A stretch of DNA of 64,000 nt, taken from positions 1 through 64,000 of the forward strand of contig MQRK01251327.1 in NCBI GenBank assembly GCA_001938485.1, given 5' to 3'. This DNA comes from Girardia tigrina. Its lineage: Eukaryota. Each line of letters begins with the position of its first letter. Position 1 is the first letter of the stretch. Of the stretch, positions 62,976 to 64,000 are shown piece by piece. The translations under genes were made by a program, and so were the position numbers. The notes beneath the pieces are model-generated. The model saw only the letters and a list, made by a program, of their open reading frames with translations. It was not told where the DNA came from and did no database searches.

Positions 62976-64000
62976 ACTTTCCGTTGAGTCAGGTCTATTT
63001 ACAAAGCACATATGCGAATTGATTATTAAAAGGAAGTTGAAAATTTGTTGGAATTTCTTCTAATAAAAATTTTTAGTTGTGCTAATAAAAATTTTTAATC
63101 ATTATAAATTTTAGGTCGAATATCGAAAACAATATAAACGCAAATAACAGTAATGGTGGTTCACTTAAGAGATAATCCAAAATATTTAAAACAAATATTA
63201 AAGATGGGATAATACTTATTGACAAATAAATTTGAAAGATTTTAACATTTCTAAAGTATTGCTTTCGAAGAGTGTGGAGTACATCTTTGTGAGCAATGAT
63301 TTTCAAAATGATTCATTAAAAACTGAATACAATTATCATATGATATGTTCAGTTTCATAATCAAAATAAATTGATCAAATTTTCTTCTCTTATTTCCTTA
63401 CTTTCTTCACATAAATTACTTCTCTTCCTAAATTTTCACATCTTTCAAAATTTGAAATATTATTTAACTTTTAAAACAGATCATTTAATGATAATAGCAG
63501 TAAATGTCGTTTTTCTTTAAATATTTTAAATATTTTTGATTTTCTCTCGATTGACTTAGAGTGATTTTTGTGATTTAGAAACATTGCTTTCAATCTAAAT
63601 TGATTTTTCAAAAATTTTGGTTGTAATTTAGAGTTTCATGAAGACCAGTGAAATAGGTTTATTCTCCAAAAGCCTAATCAAATTACTAGAAAGTTAACGA
63701 AACCGATGAAATGCTTTTCATAGATGTTTTTTATCATCACGTAGGTGGAAATATTCAAATGCTTTGCTTATACATTTATATATGGTGATCTGAAACAATA
63801 TCACTCATTTTTTTCTAGCAAAGAAGGCACACCAAAAAGAGAAATTTAAAGGTTTATGATATACCTAGCCAAATTTTTTATCAAAATGTTTGACCAAATG
63901 ACACGGATGGATAAGCTCAAACGTAGTTTTTCTATCGGGGTAATGCAATATGGGAAATGTTTAGAAAATTCGTCTGTGAAACCCCGTAGAAAAATAGATT

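Overview
This is very AT-rich eukaryotic (metazoan-type) DNA with GT-AG introns, (TA)n-associated scaffold gaps and dense transposon debris. The style fits a triclad flatworm, but the sequence alone cannot establish the species. The host content is a head-to-tail tandem array of at least four group XV phospholipase A2 / LCAT-family (PLA2G15-like) genes on the + strand. Copy A is represented only by its last exon (10.7-11.1 kb). Copies B (25.1-33.9 kb, about 415 aa) and C (41.1-51.8 kb, about 417 aa) are complete five-exon genes, and copy D has exons 1-4 (56.7-62.0 kb). Catalytic residues are intact wherever visible. The paralogs differ at the oxyanion/acyl-selectivity residue (PGD/PGI/PGY) and in the lid loop, and they lack the membrane-binding-domain disulfide. 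Introns and spacers hold a decayed Polinton/adintovirus pPolB plus packaging ATPase, a TG...TA solo-LTR family with 5-bp TSDs, and Ty3/Gypsy, REL-type non-LTR, RTE, hAT, Tc1/mariner/pogo and Helentron-like relics. They also hold an intronless ankyrin ORF, tRNA-Leu-like/TTAGGG repeats, and several Penelope-like elements carrying minimal hammerhead ribozymes (six with intact cores, two degenerate). All calls were made by eye from motifs; no database search was run.
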